Assembly: GCA_000165425.1 (NCBI GenBank)
Contig: CT867995.1
Span: 1 to 64,000, forward strand
Direction of reading: 5' to 3'
Source of the DNA: Paramecium tetraurelia
Taxonomy: Eukaryota
Length of the DNA stretch: 64,000 nt
Below, piece by piece: positions 1-12,386 of this stretch. The number at the start of each line of letters is the position of its first letter. Within the stretch, counting starts at the first letter, position 1. A program made the position numbers and the translations under genes. The notes under the pieces were generated by a model, which saw only the letters and a program-made list of their open reading frames with translations, ran no database searches and had not been told where the DNA came from.

Positions 1-2072
1 TGGTTCTTTGGTTTTCTTCGTGATAATGAACTTTCTAAATTCTCAATTTATAAATTATTTTCCATTTTGGATAATTATCTTGAATTTTGATTATCGTGCA
101 ATTAATTCAAAATGAGAATATTTTTATACGTTGATCCTCTTTTAAGGTATTAAATAATCAACGTATTTCTTTAAAATGAAATCATCAATATACCCATATG
201 TGAGTATTCTTCTAGTTGTGTAGATATCATGAAAATTGCATTCTTCACTATTTTAATGGATAGTACAAAGTTACTAATAATAGGGTAATTACTAGACATT
301 AGTTTTTGGTTTGAGTAATCTCTATGTTTTTTAAAAATTCTATTCAAGTCTTGATTTCTGATTTGTTCTTTGAATTTCCCTCTTTTGTTCTAAATTCAGA
401 GTTTGAAAGTTTTTTATTCTGAAATAGAAATATCTTCCTATTGTTTCGATATTTCAATCAAAATTTAATTAAAATTTAATTTTGATTATAAACAATCAAA
501 ATAGAGCAAATATTCGGTTAAAATAGATTTTTGTTTTTCGCCAATTTCCTTATTAACATAATAGAATAATTTTTGATGAAAATTCTATTTGATTTTCATA
601 ACTACTAAAGGGAGACAAAATTAATGTATTTCATTTCCTCCTGTAAATTAAACTTCATAATAATTTAAAATGATTACTGATTTGAGCTATATGCTCTCGA
701 TTTATTAATCCCTTCTTAAAAGATCAATCTACTCTAATAATATCTTATGTAAGAATAAATTTAGTGTTTTAATGTAAGGTTTTTTATCATATTATTCAAC
801 TACAATGTTAAAGATTTGTAGGGTTATTCCTTGATTTTGGCAATTCAATTATTAAAGTCATTAACTGATCCTAGTTAATAGTATGTCAAAATTATTAAAT
901 TATTTTTTCCTGAATTTTTTATTTAACATAACATTGAATATCAAAATCATGATACAATATAATAAATCCTTTCGTTTAAAAAAAACCCATTGATTTTATA
1001 AACACTTTAGAGCAGATTTATTAAATTCTAAAATTATTGATATTCTTTTATGCTTTTTTTGCAGTTCTACAAACTTTCATAGAACGATGACTTTTTTGGT
1101 CTCTCAGAATTTTTTCAATTGGTTTAGATAAAGATGATAAGTATATAATATGCTATTTTAGAAGACGTTCTTTATGAAAAGATGCATGATCTAAATTAGA
1201 AAATACAAAATCTACCAAATTTCTTATTGCATAATTAAATTAATCGTGCGAGAAGATTTATCATAATCTGAGCTTAACATTTGTTCTTCCACATTAAACA
1301 GAAATAATCTGTTTCCAATAGCGTCAATGAAGTTTATTCTTCTAGTAATTGAAATTAAATTTATATAAAACTTTTCTCCATTTTTAAGCCATACCTTTTA
1401 GGATAATCATTCCTAATTACAAATTTCGTTAATATAGATTAGATAGAAGTTATTTATATAAAATATTATCACTAATTGAGCTTTAATACACTATTTGCTT
1501 AAGTATGGCTGTATATCATTTAATTAATTAAACAACTAAAATAGAGAATTAATTTGAAAAATATTTGATTAATACATTGTTTAGTTAACTGAAATTAATT
1601 ATAAAAAATTATAAAATTGAGGAGCTACTAATTATGTTATTTAAGGTAGACACAAAAAAATAAAATTTTGAATTTAATCTTTAAATCATCTCAATTCATA
1701 ACTATAAATTCTATTTTTTTATTTAAACTGTTTTTTGATTCTATTCAACATTTGAAAAATTCTCCAACATTCAAACAACCACTTTGAGTATTTATCAAAA
1801 TTTTTTATTGAGGATAAATTTATCAAAAGCTTTAATATTTAAAAATATGAGTCAATGGTTTTTTTAAAATAAAGATAAATCATGAAAAGAAATGTGCAAA
1901 ACAAACAGATTCGAATCGTTATTAATTATTTAAAAAATGCAGTATTTATAATTATAAAATGATGGCCAATTTTTCTTTTTGTATATAATATTTTTAATCA
2001 TTTTGAATTATTAATTCAAAAAATCATTTATTAATATTATTATTTTTTTGTCTAATATATTTTATATAGCAT

Positions 2073-5000
2073 TCACTTTTGGATTAGTTCAAAATTAAAA
2101 GATGTGTTCTTCTGGACTCTATTTGATTTAAAGCAAAATCTAGGCGCAAGTAAAAGAATAAATAACAAAACAATCATAAAACAATATAGTATAATAAGTG
2201 TTAGATGATGTGAAGTTTTTTTCTCATCTGAGTTTTTTGAATTTTGATCATCAGGTATATCATTTGTATTATTATTGATATTTGTATCATTATCATGATT
2301 ATTATATTGTAGATTCTAAATAAATATAGATTGTGTGATTGAATTCTAAATATTCTGACCTGTGATTTCAATAGTTGCATTTTAAATACCAATTAAATCA
2401 ATAGATAGGGTTAGATAATTTTAAACATAATATAATTATGTAGTATTTTTCATCTGAAAGGCATAATAATTGCCCGATAATTTAGTCTACTTTTTGGAAG
2501 GCTTAACATTCATTATTTCGAATCCTATCATTCGGTTTATTAGCTTGGTATTGTATTTTAATTCTAATTTTGATTTATCATACGTGTAGATTTGAGGAGT
2601 AAATACTTCATCTTCTTAAAAGCTTTCGATCATTAATAACCCATTTGATCCCTAACGTACTGAATAATATGATACAGTTTTGTTATAATCTAAGAAAAAA
2701 CTTTGATCTAAAACAAAACTAAGAAGTGTTCCAGTCTCTTAATTAAATAAAAGAGAATACAATTCAACAACGTAGAAATACGTTACCAAAAACTCTGCTT
2801 TAAGGACGTTGTCAGAAATTTGCTGTGAGGAGGATCCAAATTATTGAGTAATCAAGTAAAACGTAAAACTCACAGCATCTGATTCAACTAAAAACCAAGT
2901 AGATTGTTAAAAATAAATATTACCAGATGGAGTAGTGTCGTTGGGTGCAAACCCATAATTTTCACTCATTGATGAAGAGATGCAATTCTTTAATAGAAAA
3001 ATTTCATTATCACCTTGACCATTGTTTGATGTTGTAATAAGTCCAAATATTTAACAAGGTTGAGCAGTAAAGTTTTCAGACATGCTCAAGTAAAGAGGGC
3101 TTACAAAGCACTAATGGCATACTGATGTCTATTTGAAAGTTTAATTAAGATTAATTTTGTTCTCCGAAATCCAAAAATAAAATGCAAAGAAATCGAAGCC
3201 TTGGAAGCTTCCATAATTAAATATTGTTAGGATTCCATTTTTATAACTAGATTGTGCATAGCAACACACTTCATTCATAAGATGCGAGATTAATTAATTT
3301 GAAGTTGTGTTATAAGCATATATAGTAATTATTGAACTCTATCTACAAATTTGCACAGGAAAAGAAGTTATCATCTCAATAAAAAGAGCTGAGCAATCTA
3401 ACTAGACTTAGTCTGAAAAATCGTAAATCATTAATAATTCGTGAGTTTTAGGAAAAAATTGATATAAACTGTAATATTCGTCTGTTAAATAAATTAAACC
3501 ATCCTAATTCAAGACATTTTCGACTGAAATGTTAAGAGAGTAAGAATTACTAAAAGCAATTGGTTAAGTAATTTTAATAGAATTACATACATCACAATTA
3601 ACTTAATAATTCTAAATGTTTCCATAAAAAAGGGTTCTAGGATTTATATTTACATCCCCTTTATCTTAAATGAAGTAAACTTACTTATTATTGGAATTTT
3701 TAGGTAATAATAAATAGTTTTCATAAATTATTGAAACCTTCTGATTGAACTATGAAGTGAAATTTTAATTATAAGCCTTATATTTTAAATTACATTGTCC
3801 AATATAGTCAGCTTCATTAAAGCGAGTTGTTAACATTAAATCATATGATAAATATGGATGATTATACGATTATCCTACAGTTGTGAATAAATATACTATT
3901 TAAACTTCATAATTTGTTTCTTACTAAAAAATAGAGCTCAATTAGGTGAAGTTTAGATTAGCTACCCTAAGTTGTTTAGAAGTCCTCAATGCTGTATAGG
4001 ATGTACCAGTTCCAGAAAATTAGGCTATTTAGGTATATTAGCCTTTCTAAAGTATCAAGTAGAAGTTATTTGTCGTGTATGTACTCAGAATTTTTGGATT
4101 ATTTTATATTTAAAATTGTTCGATGTAGACATCAAAATAATTTTGATTATTCGTTTAAAGCCATATATTTATTTTTGAATAGAAATAAATGAAACTCTTA
4201 TTGTCATTGCAAAAGACGAGGTAGATTCCATTATTTAAAATGCCAATTGCATTACTGGCGTAATTTTAAACTGGGTATGGAATTTAATTAATGAATTCAT
4301 ATGACTATTTTCCGTTTGTAAGCCTATAATTGTTAGTTCACACTACATTATNNNNNNNNNNNNNNNNNNNNNNNNNNNNNNNNNNNNNNNNNNNNNNNNN
4401 NNNNNNNNNNNNNNNNNNNNNNNNNNNNNNNNNNNNNNNNNNNNNNCGAGGCCTTCAATCTGGGTGGATCTCCACAGGGGAAATCAAATGGATTTACATA
4501 AATCTCTTTGAAATTGTTATTTGGAATGGTAAATAATAATTATTATTCTTAAATGTCTGTGGCTGTTAGTAAACCATCTATAGTAGTTGTAAACAACACA
4601 TCTTTTAAAATTGCAGCATCAACGACCTAAATTGAAAACGGAATCGTCACCAAATCTTTGGGGTGTAATGAATGGTTAAACTATTGTATAATTACAGATT
4701 TCTCAAATTGCATAAGAACATTCAAATTTGATGCAGTTTTCATACAAGAACACTTCACTAACTTTTCTGTAATACTAATAGGGTACTTTGCTGATGAAAC
4801 AGCTGCGTTATTAATTGTAAGCATTATTATATCGCTCTTATATTATGTGCAATAAAGTTATTACTAACTTGAAAATGAACAGGCTATTGAATAAATTGCG
4901 TTTTATATAGTATACTCTCCAAACTTAGTTCCTTCAACACCTGCATAAAGATAATCAGAATGGCTAGATTAAATAGATAATGTTAAATTTGGACCTAAAA

Positions 5001-6467
5001 ATGTTTAGCCCCTATCTATAATCATTACTTCTGGAAATTAAAGTACCAGTTCGTCAATATATTGATGAAATTAGATAGGAATTTAATTTTCTGTGACATC
5101 TAATTATATCAATTAGATTTAAAAAGCATATTGCATTAATTTTTAATTTACCTGAGAAACTACGGATATATTCAGTTTTACAGGCATAACAAACGAATCT
5201 ATTTATTATGTTAAATTTTAGGAAATAAATATCTAAGGTTCATTAATTAAATAAGTAGAAATTACGATTTAATTATTAATTGAGTCTTATACAGCAACAA
5301 TATTCCTCAATAAGTAAAATAATGCAAATGTCCCTTCATTCAGCTATTAGTAACATGTAGCTTTAATGGTGTTTTCTAACTGCAAGCCTATTATGAAGGA
5401 GTCAGTAACAATGAAAATATTATCCAGAGTTACTTACAAATTGATAATTTATGTATACTCATTTAAAAAATATTAAATTGATTAGACTTCTTGATTTATG
5501 TAATTAACATCAATGAAAAAGGATGTAAGTTTTTATTATTGTAGAAATACAATGTGAAACAAGTTATTGCTAATTTGTTAATTTGCAAAATATGAAATTG
5601 GTTAGAGATCATCTTGACTTTAAATATTTATATTTATTATTTCTTGAATGTCTGTATTATTAATTAAATCAACCAAATATACACGATCTTTGGTTATTAG
5701 AAAAAGGAAATTTGAATTACTAGATAAGACAGCATTTTAATAGTTGCCTTAAAATATTTACTCAGATATTAACTCTACATCATTTTAGTTAGAAGTAAAG
5801 TAAACTATATGAACATCTATTTCTGTTGTATATATCAAGCAAAAAGTAAAATTTGCAAAGTTTACAGATTAAATTTAAACTATAGGATTATATATTTCGG
5901 ATTTTATTGAATAATTTACGACAATATCTGTGCATTCTAGGCTTGTGGAATTTAACAATGTAAAGAACAATTCTCCTTCCTAAATGCTACTAAGCATCCC
6001 AAAATCATTTGTGATTAAGTTAATTTAGAAAAAATCTATAATAATACAAAATATGTATTACCATTTTAAATCGTGATATCTAAAAAAGTGAATTGTAGTT
6101 CGCCGTTATGTTTTATATGTCCCTTGTAAAGCATTTTATCATAAGTTAAAACCCAGAAATTATTTGAATTATCTCCGAAAAGAGCAACATAATTACTCCC
6201 AATTCGGATTGATGAATCATTAATACTCGTTGAATTCATTTTATGAATTTGTGATATTGTTTAATCAATTTTCAGGTTGAACTAGCTTGAAATTAATAAT
6301 GTGTAATATGGGGCTTCAACTATCTCTAAAGTATAATCTCTCAAATATATTGTATTAGAATTTCGAATTTCTAAAGGGAAGTTGAATTTTTGAGTTTAAG
6401 AAATTGTAATATCACTTAAACATTCTTTTAAGATAGCTAATAAAATCCAAAAATGTTAAAAATACAT
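2073..6467 (-). CDS. Large (~1400 aa) type-I membrane/surface protein of unknown function; spans the assembly gap
   Basis: ATG at 6467 starts a signal-peptide-like MYFQHFWILLAILKECLSD. Long beta-rich ORF under TAR=Gln with tiny introns (e.g. 6037-6062). C-terminal hydrophobic helix LTLIILYCFMIVLLFILLLA, short basic tail, TGA at 2075-2073. The interior was only partly traced. Confidence 0.8.
4352..4446. other. Assembly gap (95 N)
   Basis: Run of n characters. Confidence 1.
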
Positions 6468-7051
6468 TAAATTAATTATCGAAATGATACCCAGAATTAT
6501 TATGTAATATATAATAAAGATTATTTAATATGGAAGGATTACATAATAAATGTAAATGACACCTAAATTACCCAACTAACTTAAATTTTGAACAAATTAT
6601 TTATCTTACAACATTTGATTCATTTTGGGATTTTGTAAATATTCAATGCTAATAAATAAACATTTACTATATAAAAAATTTTTGTTTTTATATTTAAATC
6701 GATTATTTCATAGACTACCTGGATCTCAAGACCATTAGAAATTACTTTTTAACAATTTCTTGGGATTTAACCAGAATGTTAAAAGATTAAATATGAATAT
6801 TATTATTAGGTTAATTAAAAATAATATCAATATAATTTATACTTAGTTGATACTTTTTTTGGTTCTTGTAAAATTGTAATAATACTATAGAAAAATAATA
6901 AATCCTTAATTAAAATTAAAACTATTTAGTTTAGTAGGTTTTAATGTCTGAAAAGGTTGTAAAATAATAATCCTTAAGTATTGATTATTTGAAATATATT
7001 TAAGAGCTATAAATTTTTAAAATAACATTTACAAATTTAATATTAATTTTA

Positions 7052-7940
7052 ATGGGAAACACTAATGTAAATAAAATTATGCTCAGCGCAATAGAAAAAC
7101 AACGATATGATAAAATTGTTGAAATAATTGAAGTATTAAATGTCTTGATTAGAAATATCCACAAATATTGTCGGAAGATTTAAGTTAAGAAATTTAATCT
7201 ACTCCTTTAGCAAGAGCAGTTTGGAGAAATGATATCTATTTAGTTGATATATTGATCAAAGTAAGAGATTTTTAAAATAATAGAATGGGGCTGACGTTGA
7301 CAATGGGGGGTCTTCAAGTATAACTCCGTTAATGTGGGCTTGTAGAAGAGACAATGCTTATTTGGTTTCAAATTTAGTTGAATATGGAGCAAAAATCGCA
7401 ATAAAATCAAATGAAGGATATACGGCATTAGATTATGCTATAGTTCATGGTAATTATAGACCAGCTTTGTTTTTATTTGAATTTTATTAAGAAACTTTAG
7501 AATATTTTGATTATTATTAGTTTGCAAAAGACAGGGATTATCGTTATGTTAATTATGAGGTGATGTTATCCAACTTGAGACAAAAAGTTCCTTATTAACA
7601 ATTGCCAAATATTTTTAAAAAGCCTGAAAAAAAAAGATTAATCGATCCAGTTGTTGATCCAAGAGAAAGTTGGAAATAATTAATAGTTAGACAAATTGAT
7701 TTCAAGGAGCCACCTTTGGTTGAAAGAAATGAATTGCCAGATAACTTATAACCATAAAATCGTTTCTGGGGAAAAGTGAGATAACAATTGAATGGATTGT
7801 CTGTTTAGCCTTCATAGAGAATGAATTAGGGGGATGAAGGATAAAATTTATAATAAAATATTCCGTAAGAAATCAAATCATCAAAAAGTTAGGACTAAGA
7901 GCATTCCAATGTTCATATTGACTAAGTATCTGTAGGTTGA
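7052..7940 (+). CDS. Ankyrin-repeat protein, possibly N-myristoylated
   Basis: Starts MGNTNV. Ankyrin motifs STPLARAVWRND, NGADVDNGGSSSITPLMWACRRD and GYTALDYAIVHGN. Introns 7133-7152 (20 nt) and 7261-7283; TGA 7938-7940. Confidence 0.88.
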
Positions 7941-7987
7941 AACTAGAAAACAATTGATTTAATATTTTAAATATTATTATTATTTAC

Positions 7988-8633
7988 ATGGATTCTCCAT
8001 AATTATTATGCAAAGTAGTGTTGATTGGAGATTCTGGAGTAGGCAAGACATCAATATTGAACAAAAGAATTTATGAAAAGTTCTCATTTCATACTACCCA
8101 TACATAGATGGGATAAATGAATACTTTGAAACTAAAAATTAATGATAAAGAAATAACTCTCAAATTATGGGATACTGTAACTAAATTGTTAATTACTTTA
8201 GGCAGGACAAGAAAAATATAGAACGATAACATTATAATTTTATAGAGAAACCAAAGGAGCATTCCTTGTTTTTGATATGACGGTACAATAAACATTTGAC
8301 AATATCAAATTTTGGGCTAAGTAATTGAGGAATCATGGAGGAGATGACGTTAAGAAGGTTATTTTAGCAAATAAATGTGATTTAACTGATAAATTAGTAG
8401 TCAAAGAAGAGGAAATATTAGAATTAGCAAAGTAAATTAATGCTACTTACTTCATTGTATCTGCATATACTAATGAAAATATTATAGAATGCTTTGATTA
8501 TATGGCACTTGAATTAATGAAAAATTGTTGTAATTAACCAGATAAGGGTCTCTAAAGTAAATAATTATCCGCAAATACAGAAAGTGTTTTGGATTAAAAA
8601 TAAAAGAACAAGTCATCTTCAGGATGCTGCTGA
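7988..8633 (+). CDS. Rab-family small GTPase (divergent)
   Basis: GDSGVGKTS (G1), WDT/AGQEKY split by a 25-nt intron (G3), NKCDL (G4), C-terminal GCC prenylation motif, then TGA. Confidence 0.93.
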
Positions 8634-9515
8634 TAGCTGATAAATATTATATTAGAGTATTCATTAATATTATCCCTAATACTTTTAAGTCAATTTTTAT
8701 TATATTTATTAATGATTCCATTAACCATCATATGTAGACTGTACTTTGCTAAACTCAATTGTGTGGAATCCCCTTTATTAAATTTAAAGATAATATGAAT
8801 TCTTGATCAGAATAAACAGTTCCTAATTTTATTCTTAATATTAAATAATATGTAATTTCTTAAAAATAAAAGTCCATATAATATAATGACAGACCAATTT
8901 TATAATAATATGTGCTCTTGACTATTCTAAATTATTTTTAGTTATGTAATATATAATTCTTAATTGTAATTAAAACGAAAAACCTGAGAGCTGCATAAAA
9001 ACAAGATTCCATTCAGAATTAATACAACATTTTCATAACGTTGGTATAAAATTTTTTCAATTTAAGAATTTCAACCCACTTCTAAATTCTCTTAAAAAAC
9101 AAAATTTTTGACAATTATGATAAATATAAGTATTTAAGACCTTCTAATTATTGAAGTAATCTATTGGTCAAGAACCAAAGACACACCTTAATAATAGGTC
9201 ATCGACTAGATTAGGATTAATAGTGGGAATTTTATCGCATTTCACAGGAAAATTAGATTATTATTGATTTAGGACACTGAATATTTAAGTGAAAAAGATA
9301 ATCAAAATTTTCCAAGATTTCTTTTATTTTGATGATATTTCATTTATTCTATTTGTTATTAAAGCAATAAAATTTTATAAATATCCAAATTATATTATAA
9401 TGATTCACTAATTAATCAATGAATGAATATTGAAATAACATATTCCTTGCAAAGATGAGCTTATATTAATAATTTGATTATCGTGATGTTAGTATTTGTT
9501 AATTTTGATATAAAT

Positions 9516-10641
9516 TCAATCTTCAAATATTTAAACTTATGATTTAGCAATTCTAATACACGGATATAATGGAAAATTTGTTTGGATTTATAATTTCTAA
9601 ATCTACATATCAATAAGATACAAAAGATTTTTTAGTTCGAGTATTAGTCCATCTAATAGTTTTTTCTATCATATCAACTAATATTTCGATAATATCTCCT
9701 TATTCTGATGGAAATCCTTTTAATTACTCATTTATTTCTTTATCATGATGTGAATATACTTTTCCCATTCTGCAAATCATGTAATAGCTTATCTAAAACG
9801 AATAAATTACCCATGTTCAGCTTCTGTAACAAATCCTCTATAATCTTTATTAATGCGATCCCTGAAACAGATTCCACAATAAAATTGATGTAATTTTAAA
9901 ATTTTAAAGCTAAAACTAATTTATCCATTATTTGGTAATGCTTACTCACATAAAACTACTTACCAAACATCATCTTCTGCAAAGGCCACCTTTCCATCTG
10001 AAGAAACTTAAATTTATGATTGCTTGTAGATGTTTGAAAATTTTAAATCTCTTTTGTAATCCTTTGGATCCTAAGTCTAATGCGCAGGCTTTTAAATTAA
10101 TAGAGAAGCCATATTATCCTTGAGGGTTTACAGTTTATCTTTTAAAATTTGATATTATGGTAAAATAGTTGGCTTATCAAATTTTGGGATCAGCAACTAT
10201 TTCAATATTTCTTGATTAAAAGACTTTTAACTTTTATTAATCTCTTAGAATAATTATTTGATATTGTCTTCAATTTAATTGATAGCATCATCAGTAATAC
10301 ATTATTAGCTATTTAATCCTTAAAATATCCCTTTAAATAATGCATAAAATGAGACCTAAATAATAGTAATAAATGATAACCTTCTCTAAATCATTTCTTA
10401 GATTCTCTTTTTTTTAGATGACATCTATAATGATTTTCTTATATCTATCAATTAAATTGCTCAAACTAATTTAAATTTCCTATATATATGTTTCAATAGA
10501 GATAATTAGTTATTTTAATTTTGAAACATGTACATTGTCTATTTTTTCAATTAACTATCTGTTTTCTTTACTCAAATTAAACTCTCCTAAAAAATAATCA
10601 GGCTCCTTTAAAGCTTTTCTTATGGATAACTATTTAAACAT
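9516..10641 (-). CDS. Coiled-coil plus SPRY/B30.2-like domain protein
   Basis: Continuous ORF with three tiny introns. C-terminal SPRY-like pattern: ISFSFKILKLHQFYCGIC...HGYYMICRMGKVYSHHD...GDIIEILVDMIEKTIRW...PLYPCIRI. Confidence 0.72.
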
Positions 10642-11181
10642 ATTTGTATTTTCTTATTTTTTTTAATTTTCAAAGCATTCTTCACATGCAAATTATAAAA
10701 TAGTTTCATTCCAAAGCAAAAATATAGCCTAGTTATCCGGATGATATTTGCACATCATAATATTCATTTAATTAATAGTATTTGTTCTTATAAATAATAA
10801 TCTAATTATTAACAAATTAACTATAAATTTGTGGTTTGATAAATTCTTATTCAATATAGACAGTAGAAAGGTGAAAAATAAAACTAGATGGGGACGACAT
10901 TTGTTTATTTTGATTAACAAGTAAATATCGAAAGAGTAATATTTAAGGTGAAATGATCAATTGGATTGATATTTTGTGTTGTTTAATAAAATACGAAAAT
11001 ATTATTTCATCTTGATGAATAATAGAATTTTATTAATTAGAAACTAATGAATAGAATCAAACATATGAAAGAGTGTTAATTTTAATAATCTATATATTAT
11101 TTTTTAATAATTAGACTATCAATTTATAATGGACATTGAATAATAAATATTAAGATTAATATAACTTTCTGTAATTCTACA

Positions 11182-12135
11182 ATGAATTAAAATTAGACAA
11201 AATAATGTTCACTTCATCAAGGATTAGAAATTATTGCTTTGGATTAAAGTAAATAGGAATTAGAAAACAAATAGTTATGTTTAAAATGTTTGGCTGTACT
11301 TCGAAACAAAAAGTCATTTTGATCTCTGAATCTTTAGAGTAGATTGGAGAGATAACTTCTAAATTCAAACAAGAAAGACTTAACCAATAAGAAAGAAATG
11401 TTCAAATTATAAAGGATTTAAAGGATAAAGTACAAAATCTAAAGGACTCTTAAGTTTAATAATTTGAAAAAATAACATGTACATTGGAAAAATGGGTATA
11501 AATGATTTCAAATTAAGAAGAGGAATTTACTGAAAAGATAGACTCCGTATCCTTTATTGATATTGATGAATTTATTAATTTTACTTAAGACTTGGATGCT
11601 TAAAAATTATCATATAATGATGAATTTAAATTAGATTTAAAACAAAAATTGGAAGCTTTGATAGAGAACAATATAATTGGATATGACCTTTACATTTTGG
11701 TCTTTCAATATTCATAATAAAACAAAAATTGGAATTAAATCCAAAAGATATAAACTAGTGCTGGTGGATATCGTTTATGTTTCATCAGTGATAACCAGTT
11801 TACTTTTTAACCTATCAATTAGGATATCCTGGAAAGTTTATTCAAAAGAAAAAAGTGAAGAATATACTAAGAGGTAAGGTATCAAAATTAAGAAAGGATT
11901 TGATTAAAATTGCTTTTTCCCTTAATAATACATTAAATAAAAATAATTGCTCATTAATAAAAGTGGATCATGCATCAATATGATAAAAGTTCTCGAAAGT
12001 GGTTAATTGATGGTTGAATAATGTATTGAATTTGAAACCAATTATATTTTTGGTGCTACAAACAATAACGGTGATTATTTAGTAACGTGGGATTATGTCA
12101 CAAAAGATTTATAATTGAGAAAGTATTAAGAATGA
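11182..12135 (+). pseudogene. Pseudogene of the Paramecium-expanded CxxH/CxxC-coiled-coil-WD40 family
   Basis: MNQNQTKQCSLHQGLEIIALD...LCLKCL hits TGA at 11320 (frameshift). The coiled coil continues in another frame and most WD repeats are missing. A second 1-nt frameshift lies near 11834, before the family-typical C-terminus FFPQQYIKQKQLLINK...IFGATNNNGDYLVTWD. Confidence 0.7.
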
Positions 12136-12386
12136 GGAATTAAATGTACATTTATATTTCAAAATATTCGATTATTTAATGTTATGTAAAACAATTTGAA
12201 CATTGTTTTAGTTAGAATAGTTAGAGTTATTATATATTTATATATTAAATTTGCCATTTAGCAATAATTACTTTATAATTTAAATGCGTAATATATATAG
12301 AAAAATGAAAATTAAGATATTTGCTTTGTCTTTTGCTTCTAATCGAAATAAATTATAAAGGCAAAATATCCAATTATTTATAATAA

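Noticed and set aside
1..470. Possible 5' end of a minus-strand gene leaving the window
   Set aside because: An open frame exists from ATG ~299, but competing frames and the lack of motifs leave it unsupported.
624..1568. Apparent long plus-strand frame with several in-frame TGA (possible readthrough/selenoprotein or pseudogene)
   Set aside because: Five TGA in ~315 codons is about what chance gives in such AT-rich DNA when TGA is the only stop. No recognisable motif.
8700..9345. Coding-like minus-strand stretch
   Set aside because: The frames I traced are interrupted by TGA without plausible introns. It may be a relic but is not identifiable.
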